A stretch of 64,000 nucleotides of DNA from Chiloscyllium plagiosum (lineage: Eukaryota). A program made the translations under genes and the position numbers. The stretch is taken from contig NC_057744.1 in the NCBI RefSeq assembly GCF_004010195.1, positions 28,830,365 through 28,894,364 of the forward strand, written 5' to 3'. Shown here one piece after another: positions 1-12,329 of the stretch. Positions within the stretch are counted from its first letter, which is position 1. Each line of letters starts with the position of its first letter. Under the pieces are notes generated by a model. The model ran no database searches, was not told the origin of the DNA, and saw only the letters and a program-made list of their open reading frames with translations.

Positions 1-1927
1 CAAATAGTTTGGATGGAGCAGTTTTTGTTAGGTGTGTCCAGGAAGGATTCCTGACTCAATATGTAGATAGGCTGACTAGAAGGGAGGCCATATTGGATTT
101 GGTGCTTGGCAATGAACCAGGCCAGGTGTCAGATCTCTCAGTGGGCAGCATTTCGGTGATAGTGATCACAACTCCTTGACTTTTACCATAGTCATGGAGA
201 AGGATAGGAGAAGACCATATGGGAAAGTATTTATTTGGGGGAAGGGTAATTAAAATGCTATAAGACAGGAACTGGGGCAGCTATATTGGGTACAGATATT
301 CTCAGGGAAATGCACAACATAAGTATGGAGGTTGTTTAGGGAGCACTTGCTGATAGTGCTGAATAGGTTTGTCCTACTGTGGGCAAGAAAGGCATGGGAG
401 GGTGGAGGAACCTCGGGTGACAAGGGAGGTAGAACATTAGTCAAGGGGAAGAAGGAAGCTTACTTAAGGTTGAGGAGGTAAGGATCAGACAGGGCTCTAG
501 AGGGTTACAAGGTAGTCAGGAAGGAACTGTAGAATAGACTTAGGAGAGCTAGCAGGGCACATGACAAAGCTATAGCTGGTAGGATTAAGGAAAACCCTAA
601 GGATTTCTACATTTATGTGAGGAACAAGATGATGGCCAGAGTGAGGGTAGGGCTGCTCAGAGATTGTGGAGTGAATTTGTGCCTGGTGTCAGAGGAGGTA
701 GGGGAGATCCTTAATGAATACTTTGCTTCAGTATTCACTACTGAGAGGGACCTTGTTGTTTATGAGGACAACATGAAACAAGCTGATATACTCGAACAGA
801 TCGAAGGAAGATGTGCTGAAAATTTTGAAAAAATAAGGACAGATAAATCCTCTGGGCCAGACGAGATATACCCAAAGTTACTACAGGAAGCGCGGGAGGA
901 GATTGCTGTACCTTTTGACAATGATCTTTCCATTCTCACTGTCCACTGGAGTAGTGTCAGATGATTGGAGAGTGGCAAATGTTATTCCTTTGTTCAAGAA
1001 AGGGAATCAGGATAATCCTGGGAATTACAGACCAGTCAGTCTTACATCGGCGGTGGGCAAATTATTGGAGAGAACTATTGGAAAGATATGATTACTTGGA
1101 AAACCATGTTTGATTAGAGATAGTCAGCATGGCTTTGTGAGGGGCAGGTTATGCCTCACAAGCCTTATTGCATTCTTTGAGGATGAGACAAAACACATTG
1201 ATGAAGGTACAGCAGTGGATGTAGTGTACATCGATTTTAGCAAGTCATTTGATAAGGTTCCCCATGGTAGGCTCATTCAGAATTTAAGGAGGCATGGGAT
1301 ACAGGGCAATCTGGCTGTCTAGATACAGAATTGAGGTAAAAGAATTGGCTGGCCCATAGAAGACAGAGGATGGTAGTAGATGGAAAGTATTCAGCCTGGA
1401 GCTCAGTGACCAGTGGTGTTCTGCAGGGATCTGTTCTGGGACCTCTGATTTATGTGATTTTTATAAATGACTTGGATGAGGAAGTGGAAGGGTGGGTTAG
1501 TACTTTTGCCAATGACATGAAGGATGGTGGAGTTGTGGACAGTGTGGAGGCCTGTTGTAGGTTGCAACAGGACACTGACATGATGCAGAACTGAGCTGAT
1601 AAGTGGCAGATGGATTTCAACCTGGAAAAGTGGGAAGTGATTCATTTTGGAAGGGCAAATTTGAATGCAGAATACAGGGTTAAAACCAGGATTCTTGGCA
1701 ATGTGGAGGAACAGAGGGATCTTGGGGTCCATATCCATAGATCCCTCAACGTTGCCACCCAAGTTGATAGGGTTGTTAAGAAGGTATATGGTGTGTTGGC
1801 TTTCATTAGTACGGGGATTGAATTTAAAAACTGTGAGATTATGCTGCAGCCGTATAGAATCCTGGTTAGACCACACTTGGAATATTGTGTTCAGTTCTGG
1901 TGGCCTCATTTTAGTAAGGATGTGTAA
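1..1927 (+). mobile_element. CR1/HER1 LINE, ORF2 fragment (end of endonuclease plus RT), frameshifted, 3'-truncated
   Basis: Successive + ORF pieces give CR1 motifs: LNEYFASVFT, KSSGPDEIYPKLL, WRVANVIPLFKKG..NYRPVSLTS, QHGF..GRLCLTSL, VDVVYIDFSKSFDKVPH, SGVLQGSVLGPL, FAND (FADD), LVRPHLEYCVQFW. Confidence 0.95.
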
Positions 1928-2404
1928 CATTTTGTTATTATGTGATTATATAACATAACATAATGCTAAAACTTCTGCTCTTAAAAATACTTGAGAATTA
2001 ATTGGTTAGAAATGCAACTGCAAGTTAGAATGGAATTGTATGTACTTATTTGTTGGCTTATCAGGTTATCAATACGCAATGTCAAACTTCACCAACCAAT
2101 TAACTCTGAGTGCAGTGACAATTGTAACTGAACTAAATATAGTAACTATGATTAAACCAAGTTCTGTCTGCCCAGTTAAATGGTGCAATAAATGTTGAAG
2201 ACTCCATCCTATCATTCAGAGGAATGCAGAAGTTTCTCTGTGATTAGACATATGGTGTATTGTCTCTTAAAGATAGAGAAATACAAGATAGCTTCACATT
2301 GATATGGAGGCGGTATTTAATTTTCCTCCCTTAACCAACATCATAGAGAATGTTTCCTCTCCTTGATAGATATGAAGTAGAAAGTTTGTAATATCTATCA
2401 CAAG

Positions 2405-2557
2405 GAGAAAGTGAGGACTGCAGATGCTGGAGATCAGAGCTGAAAATGTGTTGCTGGAAAAGCGCAGCAGGTCAGGCAGCATCCAAAGAGCAGGAGAATC
2501 GACATTCAGGGCATTCCTGAAGAAGGGCTCATGCCCGAAACGTTGATTCTCCTGCTC
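2405..2557. mobile_element. Penelope-derived short inverted-repeat insertion (family A) with hammerhead ribozyme motif
   Basis: 15-bp TSD AATATCTATCACAAG at 2390-2404 and 2558-2572. + strand CTGAAGA-A-GGGC-TCAT-GCCC-GAAAC-GTT at 2517-2544. Partial inverted arms. Confidence 0.85.
2517..2544 (+). ncRNA. Minimal type I hammerhead ribozyme motif (core intact)
   Basis: CUGANGA box, 4-bp helix II GGGC/GCCC, GAAA box, loopless palindromic helix III ACGU, NUH triplet GUU. Activity untested. Confidence 0.65.
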
Positions 2558-3424
2558 AATATCTATCACAAGTCTTGAGGTATTGACGTAGAGAGACTGT
2601 GATGTTCTGAGGCAACAACACGAAGATGGGGTCTTTTTTTAAACTCTCAAAATTAAAATAGAACATACTAGGCCAAAAGCAGCATATGTAGAAATAGAAT
2701 ATGTTTGACTCCAACGCCAAATTGTGAAGTGTAGTTGGGGCTGTGGACTATTCCTGCTGCAAGTCTAAACAGGACACATAGTGTATAACTAATTCAATGC
2801 TTATTGTTCAGTTTCCTCAGGATACGGTCATTGTTCTAAATATGTCACTAATTGTCATTTCTGAATGAATATTTGCAGCACAGGTGCCTGAATTTAAACT
2901 TCTCTACATCCGCCCCACCCCTTGCATTAGTCAGGTTCCAATTGTCTGGAATAGTTCCTAAGAAAAGATCTAAACTTCCTGACATTGTAAAGAGTAAATG
3001 AGTTAAAGGTTTCACAGTTGAAACAGTCACCATGATCCCATTAACTTGAAAAGACCATATTGTTGGTTAACATCTTTCATGTCATGGCCATCAAAGGCAA
3101 CTGTGCTTGACCTTCACCAACAATAGTGAAGTTTTGTTAACTGTTAAGGTGAAGTACAGGAGTCTGTTTCATTGTTCGAAATCAGAACCTTACCATCTTC
3201 CAAAAGGTTGGCTCACATTCAGACTGCAGTCTACTGGAAAAGAAATGAGTGGAGGCATAATTCCAACATGCTTACGTCTACTGGTGGGATGTTGCGTCAG
3301 CATTCCTTCCAAGATATTCCATCACAGAGAACAAAGAGAACAGCAAACCCATATGATCAATGCACAGGGATACCTGCAAGCTAATCATCACAGCTAGAGT
3401 ACTGTGAGCAATTCACCATACCAT

Positions 3425-3545
3425 ACCTCAGAGTAACTGGTCTTGGAAGGAGTGCAGTGCAGGTTTACTAGGATGATACCTGGATGCCGAGGATTAAACC
3501 ATGAGGAAAGGGTAAACAAACTGGAGTGAGTTTTCCCTCCAGCAG
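3425..3545 (+). mobile_element. Old CR1 3'-ORF fragment
   Basis: ttggaaggagtgcagtgcaggtttactaggatgatacctgg resembles the CR1 LE.VQRRFTRMIPG coding segment. Confidence 0.6.
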
Positions 3546-3559
3546 AATATTTTACCTGA

Positions 3560-5140
3560 TGTGGTAATCCCTTGCTATTGCTGTTGCATGAAAATTCAGC
3601 AAAGCAAAAATCTTGCATTGTTGCTCGACACTTAATAATCGTTGATTTGGTGGTACATGCCATATGCTCTACTAGACTGTTTGAGTGTGATCACTGGTGT
3701 AATAATATAATATTGGCCACTTCCCACTTAGTTTGATGTCTGGTACTAACCATTCTGGAATTCTGAAAAAATTTAAAATTGCAGTTGGCATGCTCATTGT
3801 GTTGCTATGTCAAGAAATTTCAGAGAATTAATTGACACAAGGATGTTATCTTCCTCATGCATTGTGAATAGGCCTGTTATTACTTTAGTCCAAGGAATGG
3901 ATGGAGTATCGTACGGATATAAAGGCTCCCTCTGCTGCTGAGGTTGATGTGTTTGGTGCATCTCACATGCATTCACGAGTCATTGATTATCCTGATACAT
4001 CTCTTAGCAGTATATAGATTTACATGCGAAATGTCTTGTGTGTGTTCAACATCCACATGTTCTTGGATAAAACAAGGACATGATATGTGGTATATGCTTT
4101 TGGTATTAGGATTCGTTTGACCTTGAAAATGGCTTCTTATGATATACCCAGTTTGTCTCTGTATAACCAAAATGAGTGAATCTTCTCAAACACACCTTTA
4201 ATACTGTCAAGCCATCTCTGGCTGACGATCTTTTATGACTCTTGAAGTTGCTCACCTTCAGCAGTTGCCAACTGCAACTGTTCACACTGGCACTGGCCAA
4301 AGTGTATCCAATGAACCTTGAGGATATCTTCAACTTCACAATCAAGAGCAGCAGTGTGTAGATCAAGAGGAATATCTTGGGCCTAGTGTGGGTTAGATAA
4401 TCAGCTCGGTATGTCAGACAAAATTATCCTGATATCAGTCTTATGTCTCACTTCAAAGGCACATCCTTGCAAATTATTGGCTGATTTGATTGCATCACAT
4501 TTGTTCTGTCACCTTGGTTGCGATTTCAATCTTATGAACTGTGGCTATACTGAGATCTGTGTACACTGATAGTCCTGCTATTGCTGGACTGTTGGTATCT
4601 ACCTGGTAGAAGATTTTAGGAAGCCAACCTGAACTTGCCTATTAGCACTGCAGTGTGATTCTGCCAATGTACAGAATTGATTATTCTTGTATGTTGTGAA
4701 ACAGTCACTTGTAGGATGTACCAGAGTGCCACTTGCTGAGGAACAAGTCTTTGGTGTGTACAGCCCTGCCTTTTCAGGATATGATCTTGATGTTTCTAAA
4801 AGCTTCTGATTGCCTTATACCATCCACATGGTATGTCAGGTTAACAATATGGAAAAATTGGTCATCTTCTGAAATTTGTCTTTTGTTTGGTTGACTTTGA
4901 ACCTCATTGATGCCTCATGCTTTACAGATAGCAAGGATCTCTGTACAGCTTTTGGGTAGGTGCTGCAAACTGCAATTGTTGTCAACTTTGTTGGTTTGGT
5001 GCACTTTGCTCAACCTAGCATCAGGTTGCACCTAAAGCATGGAACTGTTGCTGGCATGCCACCATGCCTTCGTACTTCTGTCCATGACCAAGTATACATC
5101 GATCGTATATATCTTTCCCAAAAAGTTTTCTCTTTGGCTA
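3560..5140 (-). mobile_element. Degenerate Ty3/Gypsy pol remnant (RT-RNaseH-integrase order)
   Basis: Minus ORF 3794-3976 (CEMHQTHQPQQQREPLYPYDTPSIPWTKVITGLF) matches the Gypsy integrase Zn-finger/core junction. Flanking sequence is heavily decayed. Confidence 0.65.
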
Positions 5141-5232
5141 TTTTCATTTCTGATTCTTACATCCCACTACCTGTAAAAACTTGACTCCATTCATCCAGTT
5201 TCACCTTTTCTGTTGCATCTGTTCAAATGATG

Positions 5233-5455
5233 GGTCAAAAAGTGTGGTGCTGGAAAAGCACAGCTGGTCAGACAGCATCCAATGAGTAGGAGAGTCGATG
5301 TTTCAAGTATAAGCTCTTCATCAGGAATTCTTGATGAAGAGCTCATGATCGAAACATCGGCTCTCCTGCCTCTCGATGCTGCCTGATCTGCTGTGCTTTT
5401 CCAGCACCACACATTTCGACTCTGATTTCCAGCATCTGTAGTTCTCATTTTCTCC
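5233..5455. mobile_element. Penelope-derived palindromic insertion (family A) with degenerate hammerhead motifs on both strands
   Basis: About 95-bp arms symmetric around GAATTC (5325-5330). TSD TCTGTTCAAATGATG (5218-5232) versus TCTGTTCAATTAATG (5456-5470), 13/15 identical. Confidence 0.85.
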
Positions 5456-5781
5456 TCTGTTCAATTAATGCAAACTTCCATTCTGGCATTTCTGATGTGC
5501 CTTCTTTTTTGTCCGTCAACCTAAGATTCCCACTTAGGTTAATAGGGCCCCCCCACTGTGTCTGATCCATTTCAGGTGTTCCTCTTTTACCCCTCCTCCT
5601 CCCTCCCAGAAAGTTTCCCCTCATCATTGCCTACCACCCTCTCAATCTCCATGTTCAAAAGATTGTCCTTTGCCATTTCTGTCACCTCTAGCATGATGCC
5701 AACTGCAAACATATTTTCCCCTGCCCTTACTTCTGACATTACAAAGGGATGTTCCATCTGTGTGGCTACAGTGTATTCCAT

Positions 5782-5965
5782 GCTGGAAATGTGTTGCTGG
5801 AAAAGCGCAGCAGGTCAGGCAGCATCCAGGGAACAGGAGAATCTTAAGAAGGGCTTATGCCCGAAACGTCGATTCTCCTATTCCCTGGATGCTGCCTGAC
5901 CTGCTGCGCTTTTCCAGCAACACATTTCCAGCTCTGATCTCCAGCATCTGCAGACCTCACTTTCC
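5782..5965. mobile_element. Penelope-derived palindromic insertion (family A), young copy
   Basis: Perfect 16-bp TSD CTACAGTGTATTCCAT at 5766-5781 and 5966-5981. Near-perfect ~60-bp inverted arms enclose ...AAGAAGGGCTTATGCCCGAAACGTC. Confidence 0.9.
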
Positions 5966-6776
5966 CTACAGTGTATTCCATAGTCATCCTTTTTCTCAGG
6001 CACATATCCATACAAGTGCAGGGAATGGAATACATACCCTTTGGTCTCTCTTCTAATTATTCTGGGACCCAAACATGCTTTCCAAGTGAAGTAGCAATTT
6101 CCTTCTATTGTTTTCAGTCTAGTGTATTCTATTCAATATTAATGATGCAGCCGCCTCCACACTGAGAACAGCAAACAAAAACTGGATGGCCGCTTTGCAG
6201 AAAGCAACTATATTCGGTTCACAGGCACAATTCCAAACTTTGTGTCATGTGTCATTTCAATTCTCTATCTTGCTCTTATTCTGACCTTTCTATCTTTGGA
6301 CTGCCACATTGCTGCAATGAATCTCAATACATGCATCTTTCAAACAGGCACTTCCTAGACTTTGGGAAGCAACAGTCAGTTTATCAATTTTAACCACAAC
6401 CTGCATCTTTTTTTTTGTCTTGCTGTTTGAGTTTCTTCAGATCACATTGTTTATTCTTTCACTTTGTATTCACATGGCTGCTATGCAGTGTCCACAGTTC
6501 AATTAGATGGCTTTGGTTTCCTTACTTTGTCCACTATCATTCCCTTTGGCTTTTCTGTCATGAAACTTTCTGACAGTTAATCCCTCTTTGTCCTCTACCC
6601 TATCATATCCCTTTCCTTTCTTTCTCCTAAGTTGACTTTTACTTGTTCCAGGCAATTGTATTTCTATCTTTCCTCGGTTCTGAGGACAGGTCATTGACTT
6701 GAAACAGTGACTATTTCTCCCCTTGACCAGCTGATTATTTACAGCATTTTCAGTTTGCTTACAAATTTACAGCATC

Positions 6777-6974
6777 TATGTCAAGATAGGATCTAAAGTC
6801 TTGCAAGTGAACAGCAACTGGCTTTATCGAACATAACTTCTGTGTATACAGAGGTTAGTAAGAGAGGACATCTCGTCTGGATTTAATCTGTTGCACGTGA
6901 CCTAACATCACTCTGCCATAGTTGCTTCCACACATAAGTATCCAGGATAAAGGTATAATTCCCTTTACTCTACA
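6777..6974 (-). mobile_element. Short solo-LTR-like insertion
   Basis: 198 bp flanked by a 5-bp duplication GCATC (6772-6776, 6975-6979). Ends TA(TG mutated?)...TACA. Splits the PLE tail cagcatctgcagta. Confidence 0.5.
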
Positions 6975-7558
6975 GCATCTGCAGTATTTTTTTTAATGTT
7001 TGCATCTCTGAACCCAATGTTTACTTATAAGTCTTGCAGGTCTCTTTTTCTACTTCATTAGCTTCAAGAAATCCTGTGATCATGAAAGGTGCTATGTAAA
7101 TGCAAGTCTTTCTTTCAGGTAGTTTTATAACAAAGAACTGTTGTATCTTAATTGAACTGGAGGTTTCGCAGAAAGAGATACCAAAGACTGCTGTCCAAAA
7201 CTGGGCATTTGCTGACACAGACATTTTAGGATTCAGTTTGCATTAGGCTGCTAGTTGTTAAGCTGATATTTAAAGGAAGTTATTATCCCATTTTATGGAC
7301 TATATTTTACAGGTCTTCACAATGTATGATGGAAATGGTTGTCCTATGCCACAATTCTAATAATGTGCCAGTTCAAAGGCCTCAAATAACAGAGAGCTCA
7401 GCAATGGAGACAATCAGTTACCAACATAAAAGAAAAATGACCTATTTGTTGTCTCAGGTCTAATCGCCATGCTTGATTGTCAAGATGAGCACAGCAAGGC
7501 TTACTTATCTTAGGCTCATGTCATAAAGTGAAAAGTTAATTGAAAACCCATACATGCA

Positions 7559-7597
7559 ACACACACACACACACACGCACACACGCACGCACACACA
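7559..7597. repeat. (CA)n microsatellite
   Basis: acacacacac...cacgcacacacacag. Confidence 0.9.
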
Positions 7598-8214
7598 GTC
7601 AAATTTGCATAGCATAAAAGGCCTCAGTTGTGTGAGGTGTATACCTTTGATTTCTGGATGCGAGTAGGGAACATATATGTCAGAAAATGTCATGAGCCAC
7701 TATGCTATGTTGGCATGAAAAGTGAATTAAATGTCCTTCTAGCTTGTGTAATGACTTTGCTAGTGTACTGGGATCAGAAGCTTTGTGCTGCTGTTCAGGG
7801 TGTGTATTCACATCTATTTTGGCTGACTGGAGTCTGTTTCTGTTGCAATGCAAAAGCCTATTGCATCTCTTCAGAGCACTGCTCCGGCACCTTTCCCAAA
7901 CTGAAATAGGAATTATGTTGACAGATTTATTGTATGCAAGGAAAGGCTCATGTTCATATCGAATTAGGGGAGCATTACTCTTGGTTTTACTGCCTCTAAA
8001 CTGAATGAGGCAGGGAAGCTGGTGAGCAGGGGCAAAGGCAGGAGAATCATCTAGAATTTGCATCCCAAACCTGTGCAGAAACATGCATTGCGTTCAGGGA
8101 TGTACTCACCTGAAAATTTCTCATTACCTAAGCTCATTTTTTGTTTATTTGTTCACAAGGTGAGGGCATCGTTGGCTAGACAAGCATTTATTGCTTGTAA
8201 AAAGATACTTCTAC

Positions 8215-8525
8215 GGCGGCACGGTGGCTAAGTGGTTAGCACTGCAGCCTCATAGTACCAAAGACCCAGGTTCAATTCCCGCCTCAGGCAACTGTCTGTG
8301 GAGTTTGCACATTCTCCCTGTGTCTGTGTGGGTTTCCTCTGGGTGCCCCGGTTTCCTCCCATAGTCCAAAGATGCGCGGGTTAGGTAGATTGGCCATGCT
8401 AAATTGCCCATAGTGTTATGTGCATTAGTCTGAGGGAAATGGGTCTGGGTAGATTACTCTTTGGAGGATCAGTGAGGACTTGTTGGGCCGAAGGGCCTGT
8501 TTCCACACTGTAGGGAATCTAGTCT
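8215..8525 (+). mobile_element. HE1 SINE (V-SINE)
   Basis: Box A GGTGGCTAAGTGG, box B GGTTCAATTCC, V-domain ggagtttgcacattctccc, HER1-like tail ggcctgtttccacactgtagggaatct. Confidence 0.92.
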
Positions 8526-8659
8526 TATTGCCCAGAGGACTGTTGAGAGTCAACCGTGCTGTTGTGGTTGGAGTCACATGTAGGCTAGACTGGGTAAAGA
8601 TGGCAGTTTCCTTCTCTAAAGGATGTTAGGAAGTACCCATAAGGTTCACTAACAGTCGA

Positions 8660-8858
8660 AAGTGAGGACTGCAGATGCTGGGGATTAGAGTCAAGAGTGT
8701 GGTGCTGGAAAAGCACAGCAGTTCGGGCAGTATCCAAGGAGCAGGAAAATCGACATTTCGGGCAAAAGCCCTTCATCAGAAATGCCCGAAACATCGATTT
8801 TCCTGCTCCTCAGATGCTGCCTGACCTGCTGTGCTTTTCCAGCACCACACTCTTGACT
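8660..8858. mobile_element. Penelope-derived palindromic insertion (family A), hammerhead core on minus strand
   Basis: TSD CTAACAGT(C/T)GA at 8649-8659 and 8861-8871. Minus strand 8752-8779 reads CTGATGA-A-GGGC-TTTT-GCCC-GAAAT-GTC. Confidence 0.85.
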
Positions 8859-9770
8859 TCCTAACAGTTGACAATAATTTCATGGTCATCAATAGACTCT
8901 TAATTCAAATTCAACAAAAATCTGGAGGTTTGAACCTGTCTCCCCTGAATGTTGCCTGAGTCTCTGGAGACTAATAGTCTAGCAACAATACAACTAGGCC
9001 AACACCTCCTATGTTAAGAATGACTATCAAAAATATCAGGTTTACCCATCCTTTGAAATTCATTCCATTGTTAGATAGGTCTTCAAGACAGAAGGGAAAA
9101 TAGGAGTTATTTAAGTAGCCTACTCCTCTGAGTTTGAAGTACATATTAAATAATCACTTTAATAGCATAAAAGAAATGAAAAAATTCTGTTTAATTTGAT
9201 ATGTTGAATAATTCAAAATATTTTGATAAAAATTAGTGAATTGTAAGGAATAGGCCAGCACATCCCAGGCAGCAGCATTCAGCAACATACACTTTTGGCA
9301 AGTACTTCAACAGATAAGTTTCGAATGAAGTGAATCTTGCAACAATAAGTCTCAGCAAAATCATACAATCTTTACTGGGTTTGTGATGTAAACACTGGTC
9401 CTTGGAGGGTTAATGGATGGGGGCAGACACTCCTAATGTCACTTTAATGTGCAGTAACATTATTTTTTCGCTTCCTTTCTCTTGAGTTAAATGCTGCCCC
9501 CTGCCCTGGGGTCGTGAGAAAAACAGTGGGTAAGTTTCTCAACAGCAACACAGCTTACGTCCGTACAAAAAGCAAACATACCAATGTCAAGCAGAAACTT
9601 TCCATAATCTGTCACAAGTATGCACTGGAGACGTACACAAGCTGAGCTGTCCCTAACTCCAGACATCCCATTTGGAAAAGTGTAACATCTTTGGGAAAGA
9701 ATGTCAACATGGTTTAATTAATGGGCAAAAGTAATGACCAGTTTGATTGAATTCTGCAAAGGGGTTGAAT

Positions 9771-10108
9771 GGTGGCACAGTGATTAGCACTGCTGCCTCA
9801 CAGTGCTGGGGACTTGGGTTCGATTCCAGCCTCAATAGCTGACTGTCTGACGTTTGCATGTTTTTCCCTTATCTGCATGGGTTCCCTCCAGGTGCTCCAG
9901 TTTCCTCCCACTGTCCAATGATGTGCAGGTGAGGTGGATTGGCTATGCTAAGTTGCCCATAGTGTCCAATAGGCTAGGTGGATTAGCTATAGGAAATGCA
10001 GAGTTACAAAGATGTCGTGAGGGTGGATGGGATGCTCTTCAGAAGGTTGGTGTGGACTCAATGGGCCGAATGGCCTGCTTCCACCCTGTCGGGATTCTAT
10101 CATTCTAT
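9771..10108 (+). mobile_element. HE1 SINE (longer subtype)
   Basis: ggtggcacagtgattagcactgctgcctcacag...ggttcgattcc; tail gggattctatcattctat. Confidence 0.88.
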
Positions 10109-10109
10109 A

Positions 10110-11250
10110 AATTAATAGAGAGGATTTATGAGGATTGTAAGGTTGATGCTGTATATGTGGACTTTCAACAAGTGCTTGAAATACAATTAACTGGATGGAA
10201 ATTAAGTCTGTGGATTTGACAGAATACTGGCAGTGTGAACAGAGACAGAGAGTGTTTTGATGATGAACTGATTTTCAGAATGGTGGCCAGTATTGGATCG
10301 TTCTTACCAGGTGCTGGAATTGGGACTATTCTCCTTTTTGATATTTACTAATAGCCTGGTCTTGGGTAATCATCACACAACTTCACATTCTGTAGATCAC
10401 ACAGACCTCAGCAATGAAGTAAACAGAGTCAAGTATAGTAAGGTTATAAGTACAGTTTCATGAGGGTATAAAGAGACTGGCAAAATAGGTGGACAAACGC
10501 CAGATGAAATTTGATTTTGAAATATAAAGAGATACATTTCAGTAGAAAAAATGTAGGAGAGTACCATAAACTGAACGCCACAATTTTAAAGATGGTGCGG
10601 AAACAGAAAGATCCGGGATTATATACGCACAAGACTTTGAAGGTGGCAGTATACATTGAGAAGGGGGTTAAAATGCCTGGAATCCTTAGCTTCTTTGTAG
10701 AGAAATAGTATTTAAAAACAAGGAAATTATGTGAGAACTTTGTAAAACAATAGTTAGATCTCATGCAGTTAGAGTATTGTGTTCAGTTCAGGATGTCACA
10801 TAGGAAGAATTAGGCCTTTGGGAAGGTGCAGAAGAGACATAATGCTCCTGAGGGTGTGAGAAATCAGTTCTGTGGAGAGTCTGGAGAAGCTGGTGTTGTT
10901 CTCTCAAGATAGACAAGGTGAATAGAAGATTTGATAAAGGTGTTCAAAGTCAGAGTAAATAGCAGCTGTTTCCAATGTCAGAAGGGTTGTCAAACACAAA
11001 GTATAAATTTAAGTTGATTAGCAAAAGAACTAGAAAAGATAAGGATTTAAAAAAAAGCAAGTTATTATGTCTTAAAATGCACCGTTGTCCAAGGCACTGG
11101 AATCGGATCCAATAGTAATTTTCAAAATTGAATCAGATAAGTATTTGAAGATAAAAATAAATTGCTAGGTAGTTAGGAAAGGAAAGGTTTGTAATAATTG
11201 GACACCCTCCCAGAGAGTTGGAACAAGCACAATGGGACCTGCTTCTATGA
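10110..11250 (+). mobile_element. Old CR1 LINE 3' portion
   Basis: VDAVYVDFQ, IHFSRKN..YKLN..IL and LEYCVQF-like motifs followed by a CR1-type 3' UTR. Confidence 0.75.
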
Positions 11251-11295
11251 TAAGGAGAGTAAAATAAAAGTACAATTTTCCATCTCTGCCTCTTC

Positions 11296-11431
11296 GGGGA
11301 GACGATGGCCTATTTTTGTTCTCACTGGAATGTTAATACAGAGGCGTCGGTTCAAATCCCACCATGGCAGAAGATGAAATTTAAATTTAATAAAAATCTG
11401 GAACTAAGAGCCTAATGATGACCATGAATCA
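11296..11431 (+). mobile_element. tRNA-headed SINE (second family), 5' part
   Basis: ggagacgatggcc...ggttcaaatcccaccatggcag...gatgaccatgaa is the reverse complement of the head at 8880-9008. Confidence 0.7.
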
Positions 11432-11560
11432 ATTCCTGGTAAACAGCTTATGCCCAAAATGTTGAATCTCCTGCTCCTCAGATGCTGCCTGACCCCCTGT
11501 GCTTTTCCTGCACCATCTTTTCAACTCTGACCTCCAGCATCTGCAGTCCTCGTTTTCTTG
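11432..11560 (+). mobile_element. Penelope-derived single-arm insertion (family A), degenerate hammerhead
   Basis: 9-bp TSD CATGAATCA at 11423-11431 and 11561-11569. Starts at the palindrome-centre sequence ATTCCTG. Confidence 0.8.
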
Positions 11561-12329
11561 CATGAATCATGCAATGAATAACAATTAATGTTTTAAAACC
11601 ATTGACTGTGATAGGAATTGATGCACTTTTAAAAACAAGCTACTGAAACTGATTGTGTATTGTGCTTACACTGCTGTTTTGTTCAAGAAGTGACGGAAGC
11701 TGTTTGCAGATGGCCTGGTACCAAGATTTTATGCAGACAGATTTGGTCAGTAAAAAGTAGCTGATGGGTTAATGCAGTGTGATTATTCATGGACACCAAA
11801 GGTCATCAGTCAAACAGTGACCTTGATTGGTTTTTAAGTAGTAGAATAGGTGTGGATGTTGCAGTGAAGAGCCTTCGGGCCATTGAAAGACAGGTTGTAT
11901 GTCTCCGTCTCTGCAGTAAAAATACCTGATTCCTGAAGAGACCAATTTTTTTTCTCCAGTCAGTTGCTGTAAGTTATTGCCTTTAACCAGTAACTAAGAG
12001 ACTTTGCAGTTAGTGTACCAATTGCCTCATGTAATGAAGCGAAGGAACCTGGAGAAAAGAGACTGAAGAATGGAAAGTCCTGGCAAGTCAAAAGAATTAT
12101 CTCAGCAAACACTGAGAAATAATTCTATTAGTTTGCAGTATTTTGTACCCTCCACCATGAAAGCAATGTTTTATTTTTGTCTGTCTGCGAGCGTTTAATG
12201 GTTTAAAAGGAGCTTAGATTTGTAATTAACCAAGTTGTGTGTTGATAGCTCATAGTTCATACTTGTGATTAGAATTTACTTACTTATGACACATAGTCAT
12301 TCTTCTGTTTCTTTGAACTGTGGCACCAT

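Larger units (their letters stand above)
5150..6995 (+). mobile_element. Old Penelope-like element 3' half (RT end, GIY-YIG endonuclease, pLTR), interrupted by three younger insertions
   Basis: Decayed coding motifs YHPLNLHVQKIVLCHFCHL, GPKHAFQVK..F....SLVYSI, KLDGRFAE and HFNS..S.SDLSIFGL. Terminal hammerhead-like CTGAGGA-CAGGTC-ATT-GACTT-GAAAC at 6680-6705. Confidence 0.75.
8140..9008 (-). mobile_element. tRNA-headed SINE (second family, LINE-like tail), host to two nested insertions
   Basis: tRNA-like head on minus (ggtttgaacc...ctaggccaacacctcc). Body matches copies at 48860-49208 and 55640-55912. Confidence 0.7.

Noticed and set aside
7680-8084. 134-aa minus ORF with a TTTCAG acceptor near 7901 that is in phase with the leader exon
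   Set aside because: The peptide has no recognisable domain or typical composition; cannot be supported without RNA data.
8215-8285. tRNA genes at SINE heads (also 17730, 56266 and others)
   Set aside because: A/B boxes continue directly into the HE1 V-domain; no cloverleaf or acceptor stem.
9559-9688. Possible second exon on minus (AG at 9690/9689; donors GTATGT at 9581 or GTAAGC at 9558)
   Set aside because: Splicing in phase 1 from the leader exon hits a TGA; the only open frame needs phase 2 and its peptide is not recognisable.
11600-12310. Solo LTR (similar-looking stretches at 24970-25340 and 57600-60165)
   Set aside because: LTR-like composition only; no confident termini, TSD or second copy found by eye.
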